A DNA stretch of 64,000 nucleotides from the NCBI GenBank assembly GCA_031417525.1, contig JANOVT010000332.1:19365-83364 (forward strand), in the 5' to 3' direction. Made by a program: the position numbers and the translations under genes. The first letter of the stretch is position 1, and each line of letters starts with the position of its first letter. Under the pieces are notes generated by a model. It was not told where the DNA came from and did not search any database. It saw only the letters and a list, made by a program, of their open reading frames with translations. Source of the DNA: Flavobacteriales bacterium. Lineage in GTDB: Bacteria > Bacteroidota > Bacteroidia > Flavobacteriales_D > Sanyastnellaceae. Below, one piece after another: positions 40,228-49,996 of this stretch.

Positions 40228-40754
40228 TGTATTGCCCATTGTAAAATTTTAATACCGGGAGTAATTTTTTTCTCATCCATCGCCTTTTTGTTGATCTCAA
40301 ATCGGATCGAACCATCAATGTTTTTAAAATTAATATGTGATCCAAGAGCCAATGCACCTTCCCAATTGGTGACGATCAGTGTGCTTTTATCTTTCAATTC
40401 TTTTACAATTCTAGGAAAATCATTTTTCCATGATTTATCGATGAAAAGAACATGAAGATATGTTGATTGCGGAAGATTGGTCAGCGAAAGAAATTCAAGC
40501 GTTTGATTTCCGATAGGTTTAGCGCCGTACTTCGATGAAGCAATTTCGAAAAGATCAGTACTTCCGAGAATTCCGATATAGAACTTCCCGCTTTTCGACT
40601 CAAGAGGCCAGTTATTGTAGTTCGCAAACTGATAGAGATAGTTAGCGCGAATCATGGCAACAGTATTGTCGGGCTGGATATTTTGCGCAGATATCCAACT
40701 GACCGGAGTCAGCAGTGTAAGTATTAAGATAAGCCTGAAACAGATTCTGTACAT
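40224..40754 (-). CDS. YfiR family (DUF4154) periplasmic protein
   Basis: Signal peptide from ATG 40754 (MYRICFRLILILTLLTPVSWISAQ). Blocks align by eye with Pseudomonas YfiR: YLYQFANYNNWP vs LGIFSYVRWP, FYIGILG vs LQLCVVG, TLIVTN vs VLSISE, and GSHINF...IRFEIN...KILQWA vs GSMFCL...ITFEAN...VLKLA. Confidence 0.7.
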   Translation of the reverse strand: MYRICFRLILILTLLTPVSWISAQNIQPDNTVAMIRANYLYQFANYNNWPLESKSGKFYIGILGSTDLFEIASSKYGAKPIGNQTLEFLSLTNLPQSTYLHVLFIDKSWKNDFPRIVKELKDKSTLIVTNWEGALALGSHINFKNIDGSIRFEINKKAMDEKKITPGIKILQWAIQ

Positions 40755-40884
40755 AGCTGCTATAAAACACAAATGTGCTTATACCAAAACTAGGCTTACA
40801 GGGTTTCGCGCAGCAGAACTTTAAAAGCCGTTCTGAACGATGGACTGTTAAAAGAAATACCAACCAAAATGTCTGTTGGAAGGC

Positions 40885-41412
40885 CTATTGTGCAGGATCA
40901 TTCTGCGGGCCAGGTCCCTTCATGGTGGCAACATCGCGATCGAAGAAATAAAGTGCTCCTTTGTCGTTGCCAATCAGCTTCAATTTATCAAGCACGTTTC
41001 TGGCAAGTGTTTCTTCTTCGATTTGTTCGCTCACATACCATTGCATGAAATTGTGCGTCGTGTAGTCCTTTTCGCGCAAACAAACATCCACGACTTTGTT
41101 GATTTCGGCAGTTACTCTTGTTTCATGATTCAAGAGCAATGTAAAAGCATGATGCAATGACTTGTAATCTTTATCTGGTTGAGCGAGACTAGGGATGATG
41201 GCTTGGCCGCCACGGTCATTGACGAATTTGATCAATTTCAGCATATGAAGCCTTTCTTCATCACTGTGTTTGTATAAGAATGAACTTGCCCCTGGGAAAC
41301 CATTGATCTCGGCCCATGAAGCCATCGCCAGATATGACTGACTGCTTTCAGCTTCCACTTTGATCTTATCGTTCAAGGATTTTTCGACTTTTTTATTCAA
41401 CATGCTCTTCAA
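40885..41412 (-). CDS. Non-heme ferritin
   Basis: 175 aa. Ferritin ferroxidase-site context (EAESSQSYLAMASW, DEERLHMLK...) in a four-helix pattern. Confidence 0.85.
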   Translation of the reverse strand: MKSMLNKKVEKSLNDKIKVEAESSQSYLAMASWAEINGFPGASSFLYKHSDEERLHMLKLIKFVNDRGGQAIIPSLAQPDKDYKSLHHAFTLLLNHETRVTAEINKVVDVCLREKDYTTHNFMQWYVSEQIEEETLARNVLDKLKLIGNDKGALYFFDRDVATMKGPGPQNDPAQ

Positions 41413-41526
41413 ATTTTAGGAGACAAAAGTAACGTTGAAACAGATTTACAAACAGATCACGAAAAAGAAGGTCCTGATTCATTGAGGTTTATGGTCGGTC
41501 AGAACAGGAATATTGAAGTTTCCCAC

Positions 41527-41907
41527 TTACCTGTCTGGCTGAAAATGGGCAGTGACATATTTCAGAAAAAAAACAAAATACCATGCAAATAACAAGGGTG
41601 GTCCGAAGACAAAAAAGACGACAAGGGAATCAAGAAAATCATTCTGCAGGTTCACCTCATTGTGCAACAAGTAATAAACAAAGGTTCCTGCAAACAAAAA
41701 GTACAACAAAATCATCCCAAGGTAGACTCTCAGCATGCGTCTTCCCATTTTATCCAGCACACTTCTTTTCTTCAGTATCGCAAAAAGAAAATAAATTTGA
41801 AAGAAGCCGAGCATCAATTCGCATAAAGCTCCCAAAGTTGGAACCAGCAATGCCATGGTAGTCACAATGCAAAACACAAGATTGATTTTATACCAGGATT
41901 TAGCCAC
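41527..41907 (-). CDS. Hypothetical small membrane protein
   Basis: 126 aa with four hydrophobic helices. Confidence 0.45.
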   Translation of the reverse strand: MAKSWYKINLVFCIVTTMALLVPTLGALCELMLGFFQIYFLFAILKKRSVLDKMGRRMLRVYLGMILLYFLFAGTFVYYLLHNEVNLQNDFLDSLVVFFVFGPPLLFAWYFVFFLKYVTAHFQPDR

Positions 41908-41919
41908 GGGTTTAATTTG

Positions 41920-42981
41920 TTATCTATACCTCTTAACAAAGCGAGTCAGATTAACCTCTTTCATCAGAGGTTCATTTTGTGTCAGATGTTTGACAAAATG
42001 AGACGCAAAAAATGGAATCATCATTACGCCTTTGGATCCAAAGCCATTAAAAATTCCTTTGAGTGGATTTTCAGGATCCATACCCAATACGGGAATTCGA
42101 TCAGGGACAGTTGGCCGATAGCCGGCGAGGTGCTCTATCACCTCATAATCAAAGCCAGCAACTTTCATAAAATCATTCAACAATTCCAATTTACCTTCTT
42201 CTGTGGGATGAATATGTTCAGGAAATAATTCAAACGTCGCCCCCAATCTGTATATGTCATTCTCAACAGGAACAATAAATTTTCCAAAGTTGATCATTCT
42301 TTTGGTTTTGAGATTTGGTATTCGAAGCGTGAGAACCTGACCTTTATTGGGTGTCACCGGAATCCAGTTCAATAAAACATCCTGTATAATTTTTGATCCT
42401 GTGCATTGAATCACAATTTGACCCTCCGCTAATAGTTGTTTCTCTTCCTCAGCAGTAAAACTTTGGATCTGCAATTTATTCTTTGCACTAAAATGTTCGC
42501 GTATGATATCGAGCGTATCAAGAACATTTAACCAACCGGCCTGAGTTGCAATGCCGTGTCCAAATGGTTGAAGAAACTCATTTGCAAAATCAACATCCTG
42601 TTTATCAGTAAGGAAAGCCTTCAATTCCGGATGCAAGCTCCTCTGGTCCCAATCATTTGCGGAATGAACATCCGGAAAAACACGAATCAATTCCAAAGAA
42701 TGAAAAACATCAACGTTGAATTTTTTTTCCAGACCGTGGTAAAAAGATTCTGCGACGGGCAACACTGCATGCGCCAGCCAGCTTTCATGTAAGTTTTTAA
42801 ACGAAACAGGATTCCACATTCCAGCGGCTACTTTGCTGGAGGAGGAGAGCCTGCCATCATCGATGATGACAACATCATAGTTCAGTTCATCCAGCATATA
42901 GCCAAGAATACTTCCTGCCAGACCCTGACCAATAATATGTATACGGCGTTTTTCGACATTCGCCGGCGCAAGGAGAGGCAT
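41920..42981 (-). CDS. FAD-dependent oxidoreductase (DAO family-like)
   Basis: 353 aa. N-terminal Rossmann dinucleotide motif IHIIGQGLAGS. Lies downstream of kbl. Confidence 0.7.
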   Translation of the reverse strand: MPLLAPANVEKRRIHIIGQGLAGSILGYMLDELNYDVVIIDDGRLSSSSKVAAGMWNPVSFKNLHESWLAHAVLPVAESFYHGLEKKFNVDVFHSLELIRVFPDVHSANDWDQRSLHPELKAFLTDKQDVDFANEFLQPFGHGIATQAGWLNVLDTLDIIREHFSAKNKLQIQSFTAEEEKQLLAEGQIVIQCTGSKIIQDVLLNWIPVTPNKGQVLTLRIPNLKTKRMINFGKFIVPVENDIYRLGATFELFPEHIHPTEEGKLELLNDFMKVAGFDYEVIEHLAGYRPTVPDRIPVLGMDPENPLKGIFNGFGSKGVMMIPFFASHFVKHLTQNEPLMKEVNLTRFVKRYR

Positions 42982-42995
42982 CTGAAATTATTCTG

Positions 42996-44192
42996 CTATT
43001 TGATCACGCCAAGCTCTTTACCAACTTTGGTGAAAGCAACGATTGCTTTTTCGATGTGAGTAGTTTCATGCGCTGCAGAAAGTTGAACGCGTATTCTGGC
43101 TTGTTCTTTCGGCACCACAGGAAAGAAAAAACCAATTACATAAATTCCTTCGTCCAACAATTTATTCGCAAAATCCTGAGCAAGTTTTGCATCATAAAGC
43201 ATCACAGGCACAATTGCTGAATCACCGTCACGAATATCAAAACCAGCCGCTTTAATTCCGGTTTTAAATTGTTTGATATTACGTTCAAGATTATCACGCA
43301 GTTCTGTCGTTTTACTAAGCATATCGAAAACGGCAATGCTCGCGCCGACAATACTCGGCGCCAGGGAATTGGAAAACAAGTATGGGCGTGAACGTTGGCG
43401 CAATAATTCGATGATTTCTTTTCTACCGGAAGTAAAACCACCCATAGCCCCGCCCAAAGCTTTTCCTAATGTCCCTGTGATAATGTCAATTCGGCCAAGT
43501 ACATTTTTCAATTCAATCGTACCTCTTCCGGTTTTACCAATGAAGCCGGTAGCGTGGCATTCATCTACCATAACCATCGCATCATATTTATCAGCGAGAT
43601 CACAGATTTTATCCAATTGGGCAACATAACCATCCATGGAAAACACACCATCCGTTACGATCAGTCGGAATCGGGTTCCGGCAGCAACGGCAGCGACGAG
43701 TTGTTCTTCCAGATCTGCCATGTTATTGTTTTTATAACGATATCGTTGCGCCTTACATAATCTGACACCATCAATAATGGAAGCATGATTCAATTCATCA
43801 CTGATAATCGCATCCTTTTCATTGAGAAGCGGTTCGAAAACGCCACCGTTGGCATCGAATGCAGCTGCATACAGAATCGTATCCTCGGTATGAAGAAACT
43901 CAGTAATCTTCTGTTCGAGTTCCTTGTGAATGTCTTGAGTACCACAAATAAATCGTACACTGCTCATTCCAAAACCATGGGTATCAATAGCTCTTTTTGC
44001 CGCTTCTGTGACAGCCGGATGAGATGACAGCCCCAGATAATTATTCGCACAAAAATTCAATGCTTCTCTACCATCGGAGGTTTTGATTGAAGCACCTTGA
44101 GGTGTCGTAATTATTCTTTCGCGTTTGTAAAGTCCGGCATCTTCGATAGCCTTAAGTTCTGATTTGAGATGTTCTTGAAGACCTGTGTACAT
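42996..44192 (-). CDS. kbl: Glycine C-acetyltransferase (2-amino-3-ketobutyrate CoA ligase)
   Basis: 398 aa. PLP class II aminotransferase motifs ([21 protein letters not shown]) with a Kbl-like N-terminus. Confidence 0.9.
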   Translation of the reverse strand: MYTGLQEHLKSELKAIEDAGLYKRERIITTPQGASIKTSDGREALNFCANNYLGLSSHPAVTEAAKRAIDTHGFGMSSVRFICGTQDIHKELEQKITEFLHTEDTILYAAAFDANGGVFEPLLNEKDAIISDELNHASIIDGVRLCKAQRYRYKNNNMADLEEQLVAAVAAGTRFRLIVTDGVFSMDGYVAQLDKICDLADKYDAMVMVDECHATGFIGKTGRGTIELKNVLGRIDIITGTLGKALGGAMGGFTSGRKEIIELLRQRSRPYLFSNSLAPSIVGASIAVFDMLSKTTELRDNLERNIKQFKTGIKAAGFDIRDGDSAIVPVMLYDAKLAQDFANKLLDEGIYVIGFFFPVVPKEQARIRVQLSAAHETTHIEKAIVAFTKVGKELGVIK

Positions 44193-44270
44193 GGATTCTA
44201 ATTTTGGCTGAAATTATTGAAGAATAACTGAAGAAAAGACCAGATGAATAGAATTGATTCGATACTCCGT

Positions 44271-45032
44271 TTAGTTGACGTAGTAAGTTAGTCCAAAACC
44301 AACAATTCTGTAAAAAACATTTCCGCTAAACCACCTGATGTTTGTGTCCACGCTATCATGTATATCCGTCGTGGTATAGTCCAATCTTACCGGACAACGG
44401 TATTTAAAAATTTCACCTGAAATAAAGACGCAGCAGACGTCTTCAAAAAACTTAAAAGAATATCCCAATCTAAAACCAGGGCTTATACTTATACCATAAG
44501 TTGGCAGATCGTAACTTCTTACCTGAACTTCCTTTCGGTAATTATCACCATCATGTTTAAGATCATACGACGCAGAAAAGAATACATTTTGTGCAACAAG
44601 TCCAAGATTGAATTTCGGAGTCAAAATCCATTGACCGAAGTTGATATCATTTGCCACTTGAACGGATGCCAATCTCGAGTTGTATGATCCCTCATTGATA
44701 TTTTTTGTCGTAACAAAAAAACCAATCGTATCAATTGTTGATCGCGCATAAGCGGACATTGCATCTCCATTGATGGGTGAGTTTAACAAGGAAAAAGAAA
44801 GTCCAAGTTTCCATCCGCTACCAATACCACTGTGACAATCGGCGTGCAATCCATAGCCTGTTTTAGCGTATTGCAACAATCCCCCTGACTTCATTCTATC
44901 CGGTTTATCTGGTCCTCCGGGAAAAAGTATTCCGATGGATGCTGATGCATCCGCACGCAAAACGTTGGATTGTGAGATGCCATGATGGTAAGTTCCAATC
45001 AGACAAGCTGTGATGAATAGAACTTTTTTCAT
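44271..45032 (-). CDS. Hypothetical outer-membrane beta-barrel-like protein
   Basis: 253 aa with a signal peptide and alternating hydrophobic strands (KLGLSFSLL, RLGYSFKF, IVGFGLTYYV). Has an ATGA overlap with the upstream lipoprotein gene. Confidence 0.5.
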   Translation of the reverse strand: MKKVLFITACLIGTYHHGISQSNVLRADASASIGILFPGGPDKPDRMKSGGLLQYAKTGYGLHADCHSGIGSGWKLGLSFSLLNSPINGDAMSAYARSTIDTIGFFVTTKNINEGSYNSRLASVQVANDINFGQWILTPKFNLGLVAQNVFFSASYDLKHDGDNYRKEVQVRSYDLPTYGISISPGFRLGYSFKFFEDVCCVFISGEIFKYRCPVRLDYTTTDIHDSVDTNIRWFSGNVFYRIVGFGLTYYVN

Positions 45033-45643
45033 CGTAAATAAATCGACTCAGTGGTATCAGAGAATGAACTTCCATTTTTCATTTCAACAATTACAATGAA
45101 CTGATGCGACGAAATTTGATCGGGTGCGTTAAAAAGATAATACCTGGCAAAACGTTCAGGTGGCCAATAAGAGGTCGAATCAATTCCGTCAACACGCATG
45201 TACCGATCATTGTCAAAAGGGCTTTGAAATTCCACTTCAAACAAGTCGCTCAGATCTGAACCTATAGGATACTCCGTATTAAAATCAGAAGTACTGTATA
45301 TCTGGAGTGAGCTGATGGTGTCCGGTGATTCAAATCTTGGAGCTTCACATTTGAACGCCATTGCCGGATTAGACAAATCGCGTAATCCCTTCTTCCAAGA
45401 ATTTAGACATGATTGCACCGGGGCTTTACCATAAAATTTAATTTGAAGTTCAAAAGCCAGAGCGGAAATTGTATCAGTTGGCTGAACTGGTTGTCTGCCG
45501 CTATTATCCAAACCAGCTACCTCAATCGAAGCGAGTTCGGTATAAGAACAATTATGTTCGCATACACATCCGGAACAACACGCCAGAATGTGTGAGATCA
45601 GAAAGAGAAAAAACACTTTGATAATTAATCGATTCGAAGGCAT
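45029..45643 (-). CDS. Hypothetical lipoprotein with Cys-rich N-terminus
   Basis: 204 aa. Lipobox-like ILAC followed by CSGCVCEHNC. Confidence 0.5.
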   Translation of the reverse strand: MPSNRLIIKVFFLFLISHILACCSGCVCEHNCSYTELASIEVAGLDNSGRQPVQPTDTISALAFELQIKFYGKAPVQSCLNSWKKGLRDLSNPAMAFKCEAPRFESPDTISSLQIYSTSDFNTEYPIGSDLSDLFEVEFQSPFDNDRYMRVDGIDSTSYWPPERFARYYLFNAPDQISSHQFIVIVEMKNGSSFSDTTESIYLR

Positions 45644-45706
45644 TGTTAAGATTGGAGTACTAATTTACAATCACTCAGCAAACTTCGATAGTCTCCTTCG
45701 AATCTA

Positions 45707-46423
45707 TCAGGACGAGAAAATATTATCACATGCGAACTTCGCCGCCTTTTGTTCAGCAACTTTTTTCGAAGCCCCCTCACCAGTTCCATTTTCCTGTCCA
45801 TCAATCAATAATACAACACGGTAAAAACTGCTTCCACCTTCATTTCGATGATTCAACACTTTAAATTCAATGGTTTTTTTATACTTCTGACTCCATTCGT
45901 GCAATTTGCTTTTATAATCCACATCATCGTGCACACGTGCGTCCAGGCCGTGTTCCTTGAGAAGCTTCAACACGATGTCACGCGTGACATTGTATCCTTT
46001 GTCTAGATAAACTGCACCAATAATTGCTTCAAGAGCGTTCCCAACGATTGAATCATGCATTTCCTGTTTGCCCAGGTTGAGATGAAGCATTTCGTGAATT
46101 TTGAGCGTATACCCAACCATGTTAAGGTTTTCCCTACGTACGACCTTACTCTTCATTTTTGTGAGTTCACCCTCAGGTAGCAGTGGATACTTGTTATATA
46201 GGTAATGTGCAACAATTGAATCCAGAACCGAATCACCTAAAAACTCCAGCCGCTCATTGCTGTTTTTAAGACCGGGTTTTATACGCACAGCGGCAGAACT
46301 GTGTCTCAGCGCTTGCTCATACATAGTGGTGTCAGAAGGGGCATATCCAAATGCTTTCCTCACAAAAGACTGAATTTCCTTATTCGACTTTTTCTTCCTG
46401 AAAAATGGAAATTTCCAGATCAT
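45707..46423 (-). CDS. rnc: Ribonuclease III
   Basis: 238 aa. RNase III signature ERLEFLGDSVLD and a C-terminal dsRBD. Has an ATGA overlap with fabF. Confidence 0.92.
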   Translation of the reverse strand: MIWKFPFFRKKKSNKEIQSFVRKAFGYAPSDTTMYEQALRHSSAAVRIKPGLKNSNERLEFLGDSVLDSIVAHYLYNKYPLLPEGELTKMKSKVVRRENLNMVGYTLKIHEMLHLNLGKQEMHDSIVGNALEAIIGAVYLDKGYNVTRDIVLKLLKEHGLDARVHDDVDYKSKLHEWSQKYKKTIEFKVLNHRNEGGSSFYRVVLLIDGQENGTGEGASKKVAEQKAAKFACDNIFSS

Positions 46424-47670
46424 TCAATCTTTCTGAAAATGGCAGAAGTGTTGTGACCTCCAAATCCGAATGTATTACTCATTGCGGCAGTGACAGTCCT
46501 TGATTGCGCCTTGTTAAAAGTAAAATTCAAGTTTGGATCAAGCTCCGGATCGGTCGTTGAGAAGTTGATAGTTGGCGGAATAATACCATGTTTTATGGCC
46601 ATGATAGCTGCAATCGCCTCGATTGCACCAGCGGCCCCAAGCAGATGACCGGTCATTGATTTAGTGCTTGAAATATTAAGACTATAAGCAGCCTCGCCAA
46701 AAACATCTTGAATGGCCCGGGATTCCTGCACATCCCCGAGAGGTGTAGAAGTGCCGTGCACATTCACATATTGAATATCATTTACGGTCATGCCGGCATC
46801 TTCAAGTGCGTTGCGCATAACGAGCTTCGCCCCGAGTCCATCCGGATGAGGAGCTGTGATGTGGTAGGCATCGGCACTTAGTCCGCCGCCCATCACTTCA
46901 CAATAAATTTTAGCGCCGCGTGCTTTCGCGTGCTCGTATTCTTCGAGAATAAGACAACCGGCACCTTCTCCGAGGACGAATCCATCGCGCGTTTGATCAA
47001 ACGGACGGGAAGCAGTTGCATAATTGTCGTTATTTTCTGACAATGCTTTACAAGCGTTAAAACCGCCAACACCGGCTTCGGTGACAGCAGCCTCCGATCC
47101 ACCGGTAACAATGATGTCCGATTTACCTAACCTGATGAGGTTAAAAGCATCGATCATAGCATTATTGGAAGAAGCACAGGCAGAAGTTGTCGTGTAATTC
47201 GGACCTCGGAATCCGTAAATAATGGAGATATGCCCTGAAGCGATATCTGCAATCATTTTCGGAATGAAAAATGGATTGAATCTTGGCGTACCATCTCCTT
47301 TGGCGTATGCGATGCACTCTTCCTGAAAAGTGAGCAAGCCGCCAATACCAGAACCCCAGATCACTCCAACGCGATCCTTATTGACTAAATCGAGACCCAT
47401 TCCTGAGTCCAGAATAGCTTCCTTCGCAACAACCAGAGCGTAGTGTGTATACGGATCCATGCGACGCGCCTCTTTCCTTTCAATGTGGTCTTCCACATTA
47501 AAATTCTTGAGTTCGCAAGCGAACCTCGTTTTGAACTTAGAGGCATCGAAATGGGTGATCAGATTAGCACCACTCACTCCATTAACAAGACCGGACCAAT
47601 AATCATTCAGATTATTGCCCAGTGGTGTAAGTGCTCCAAGTCCCGTGACAACTACCCTCTTGAGCTGCAT
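46420..47670 (-). CDS. fabF: 3-oxoacyl-ACP synthase II
   Basis: 416 aa. Active-site Cys context (TTSACASS) and His motifs (VNVHGTSTP, KSMTGHLLGAAG). Confidence 0.95.
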   Translation of the reverse strand: MQLKRVVVTGLGALTPLGNNLNDYWSGLVNGVSGANLITHFDASKFKTRFACELKNFNVEDHIERKEARRMDPYTHYALVVAKEAILDSGMGLDLVNKDRVGVIWGSGIGGLLTFQEECIAYAKGDGTPRFNPFFIPKMIADIASGHISIIYGFRGPNYTTTSACASSNNAMIDAFNLIRLGKSDIIVTGGSEAAVTEAGVGGFNACKALSENNDNYATASRPFDQTRDGFVLGEGAGCLILEEYEHAKARGAKIYCEVMGGGLSADAYHITAPHPDGLGAKLVMRNALEDAGMTVNDIQYVNVHGTSTPLGDVQESRAIQDVFGEAAYSLNISSTKSMTGHLLGAAGAIEAIAAIMAIKHGIIPPTINFSTTDPELDPNLNFTFNKAQSRTVTAAMSNTFGFGGHNTSAIFRKIE

Positions 47671-47696
47671 AGGAAAATTATTTTTTGTAAAGCAAA

Positions 47697-47933
47697 TTAC
47701 TTCGAGTTACCCTCGATATAATCGATTGCCTGACCAACAGTTGCAATCTTTTCAGCCTGATCATCCGGAATCGCGATATTGAATTCTTTCTCGAATTCCA
47801 TGATGAGCTCGACTGTATCCAAAGAGTCTGCGCCAAGATCATTGGTGAAGCTAGCCTCGCGGGTTACTTCCGCCTCTTCAACGCCCAATTTATCCACGAT
47901 AATGGCGGTTACTTTCTTTGCTACGTCTGACAT
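47697..47933 (-). CDS. acpP: Acyl carrier protein
   Basis: 78 aa with the [12 protein letters not shown] phosphopantetheine site. Confidence 0.95.
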   Translation of the reverse strand: MSDVAKKVTAIIVDKLGVEEAEVTREASFTNDLGADSLDTVELIMEFEKEFNIAIPDDQAEKIATVGQAIDYIEGNSK

Positions 47934-48025
47934 TTTATAAAAGTATTTTAATGGTTAAAAACGGGGCAAAAGTAAAATTTTTTGTTCCCTTTCAAACATT
48001 TTTTTCAATCATCTTGAAAAGCCCG

Positions 48026-48694
48026 TCAAATATAGTGGATTCGGATATCATCGATATGTTTCCTTTCAATATCCGGAACTAACACGTCTTCAGCGGGTAA
48101 ACCGACCGGTATCAATAGAAATGCTCGTTCATTCAAAGGTCGATCAAGAATTTTTTCAAGAAAATTCATTGGGCTTGGTGTATGTGTCAGGCAGCAAAGA
48201 CCCGCATGGTGAATAGCAGCTATCAGCATTCCTGTGGCAATTCCCACACTTTCACTCATATAATAATTTTGATGCTTTTTACCATCTTCAATGAATTCAA
48301 AAATTCTTTTGAATACGACTATGAGCGCAGGTGCGTTCTCAAGAAATTCCTTTCTTTCATTGGTTCCCAGTGGTTTCAGGTCCCGCAGCCAATCATCACT
48401 CATCCTGCCATTATAATTTTCGTGCTCCTCTTCCTCTGCAGCCATCCGTATCTTTCTTTTTAACTCCGGATTAGTAACCACACAAAAGGTCCATGGTTGC
48501 TTATTGGCACCGCTTGGGGCTGATCCTGCTGTCCGAATAATATTTTCCAAGATTTCCGGATGGAACGTTTGTTCAGAAAATTCGCGAATACTTCTGCGAG
48601 TTTTCATTTCCTCATAAAAAGAAGATGCCCGACTTCGCATTTCTTCTTGATCCAATTTCATTGGATTGTAGTCTATAAAGCGATTTTCAGTCAT
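48026..48694 (-). CDS. Iodotyrosine deiodinase-like flavoprotein (nitro-FMN reductase superfamily, IYD subgroup)
   Basis: 222 aa. It aligns by eye along its whole length with the catalytic domain of animal IYD as I recall it. Matching blocks are RRSIREF / RRSVRF, IRTAGSAPSGANKQPWTF / IRTAGTAPSGAHTEPWTF, EEEEHENYNGRM / EEEEEINYMKRM, and LLIPVG...VPD..RK / MLLPVG...VPD.KRK. Confidence 0.75.
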   Translation of the reverse strand: MTENRFIDYNPMKLDQEEMRSRASSFYEEMKTRRSIREFSEQTFHPEILENIIRTAGSAPSGANKQPWTFCVVTNPELKRKIRMAAEEEEHENYNGRMSDDWLRDLKPLGTNERKEFLENAPALIVVFKRIFEFIEDGKKHQNYYMSESVGIATGMLIAAIHHAGLCCLTHTPSPMNFLEKILDRPLNERAFLLIPVGLPAEDVLVPDIERKHIDDIRIHYI

Positions 48695-48826
48695 GAAACT
48701 TCCTGGATTTTCATTTAGATGTTAAAGCACTCTATTACTATTTGAAGATTATAGAGCAATAGTCTTGTGACGTAATAACACACTTATGTTGCCTAAAAAA
48801 GCTGTTGCTTTGCGCAAGTTTTCAAA

Positions 48827-49921
48827 ATGAACCATCAGACGAATCGTTATTCGCGCCACTTCGCGTTGCCGGAATTCAGTGATCAGTCTCAGCAAAAGCT
48901 GGAGCATGCCAGCGTGCTTGTGATTGGCTGCGGAGGACTCGGTCATCCGGTCCTGCAATACCTTACAGCCGCAGGAGTCGGAAATATCGGGATAGTTGAT
49001 GACGATGTAATAGAATTAAGTAATCTGCATCGACAGGTGCTTTTTACGGAAAAAGATTTAGGGCAGAAAAAAACAAAAGTGGCCCTAAAGAGATTGCAGG
49101 CAATGAATTCAGGTGTGCAATTGAAAGATTATGATTGCAGGATACACGCTCAAAACATTCTTTCCCTGATCGAACCATATCAGATTATTGTTGATTGCAC
49201 TGATAATTTTCCGGCGAGGTATTTACTGGATGATGCCTGTGCCATTTCCAGCAAAAAACTCGTGTATGCCGCAATCTATCAGCATGAAGGGCAGGTCAGT
49301 GTATTTGACTCCAAGGCTGGATTTAGATATCGCGATATCTTCCCTACTCCACCCATTGCGGGTTCCATCCCTGATTGTGACACCGGAGGAGTGCTCGGCA
49401 CACTTACAGGAATTATTGGAAACATTCAGGCGAATGAAGTGATCAAGCTCATTACCGGAATAGGTGACCCACTGATAGGCAGGTTATTGATGTTCAATAT
49501 TCAAACGTATGATTCCACCATTGTTCACTTGAAAAAAAACGACGACATAAAATCTGAGATTACTGAACTTCTCGAGGATTACGCAGAATTTTGTAGAATA
49601 CCTGATAGCAACAAAAACAACCAAAACATGAAAGAAATATCCATTTCAGAGTACAAAGAAATGTTGGACAATCGCGAAGATTTTCAATTGATAGATGTGC
49701 GAGAGCCATATGAGTTCGAAGAATTCAATCTCGGAGGAGAATTGATTCCGATAAATACAATTCCTGAGAACTACAACAAAATATTTCGCGATAAAAAGGT
49801 CGTGATTCATTGCAGGGCCGGATCAAGAAGTGCGCAGGTCATCCAATATCTGGAGCAAACACACGGCTTCGAAAATCTCTACAATCTGTCTGGCGGTGTG
49901 CTTGCCTGGAAAGGACATTAA
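48827..49921 (+). CDS. MoeB/ThiF-type E1-like adenylyltransferase with C-terminal rhodanese domain
   Basis: 364 aa. Has YSRHFALPEF, VIGCGGLGHP and NLHRQ. The C-terminal rhodanese active-site loop is HCRAGSRS. Confidence 0.85.
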   Translation: MNHQTNRYSRHFALPEFSDQSQQKLEHASVLVIGCGGLGHPVLQYLTAAGVGNIGIVDDDVIELSNLHRQVLFTEKDLGQKKTKVALKRLQAMNSGVQLKDYDCRIHAQNILSLIEPYQIIVDCTDNFPARYLLDDACAISSKKLVYAAIYQHEGQVSVFDSKAGFRYRDIFPTPPIAGSIPDCDTGGVLGTLTGIIGNIQANEVIKLITGIGDPLIGRLLMFNIQTYDSTIVHLKKNDDIKSEITELLEDYAEFCRIPDSNKNNQNMKEISISEYKEMLDNREDFQLIDVREPYEFEEFNLGGELIPINTIPENYNKIFRDKKVVIHCRAGSRSAQVIQYLEQTHGFENLYNLSGGVLAWKGH

Positions 49922-49996
49922 AATAATCATAGCACTTAAAAAAGAGGAGTTCACATTTGTATCTCCTAAATTTGGCGCTCCTAACGAAACTGACTG

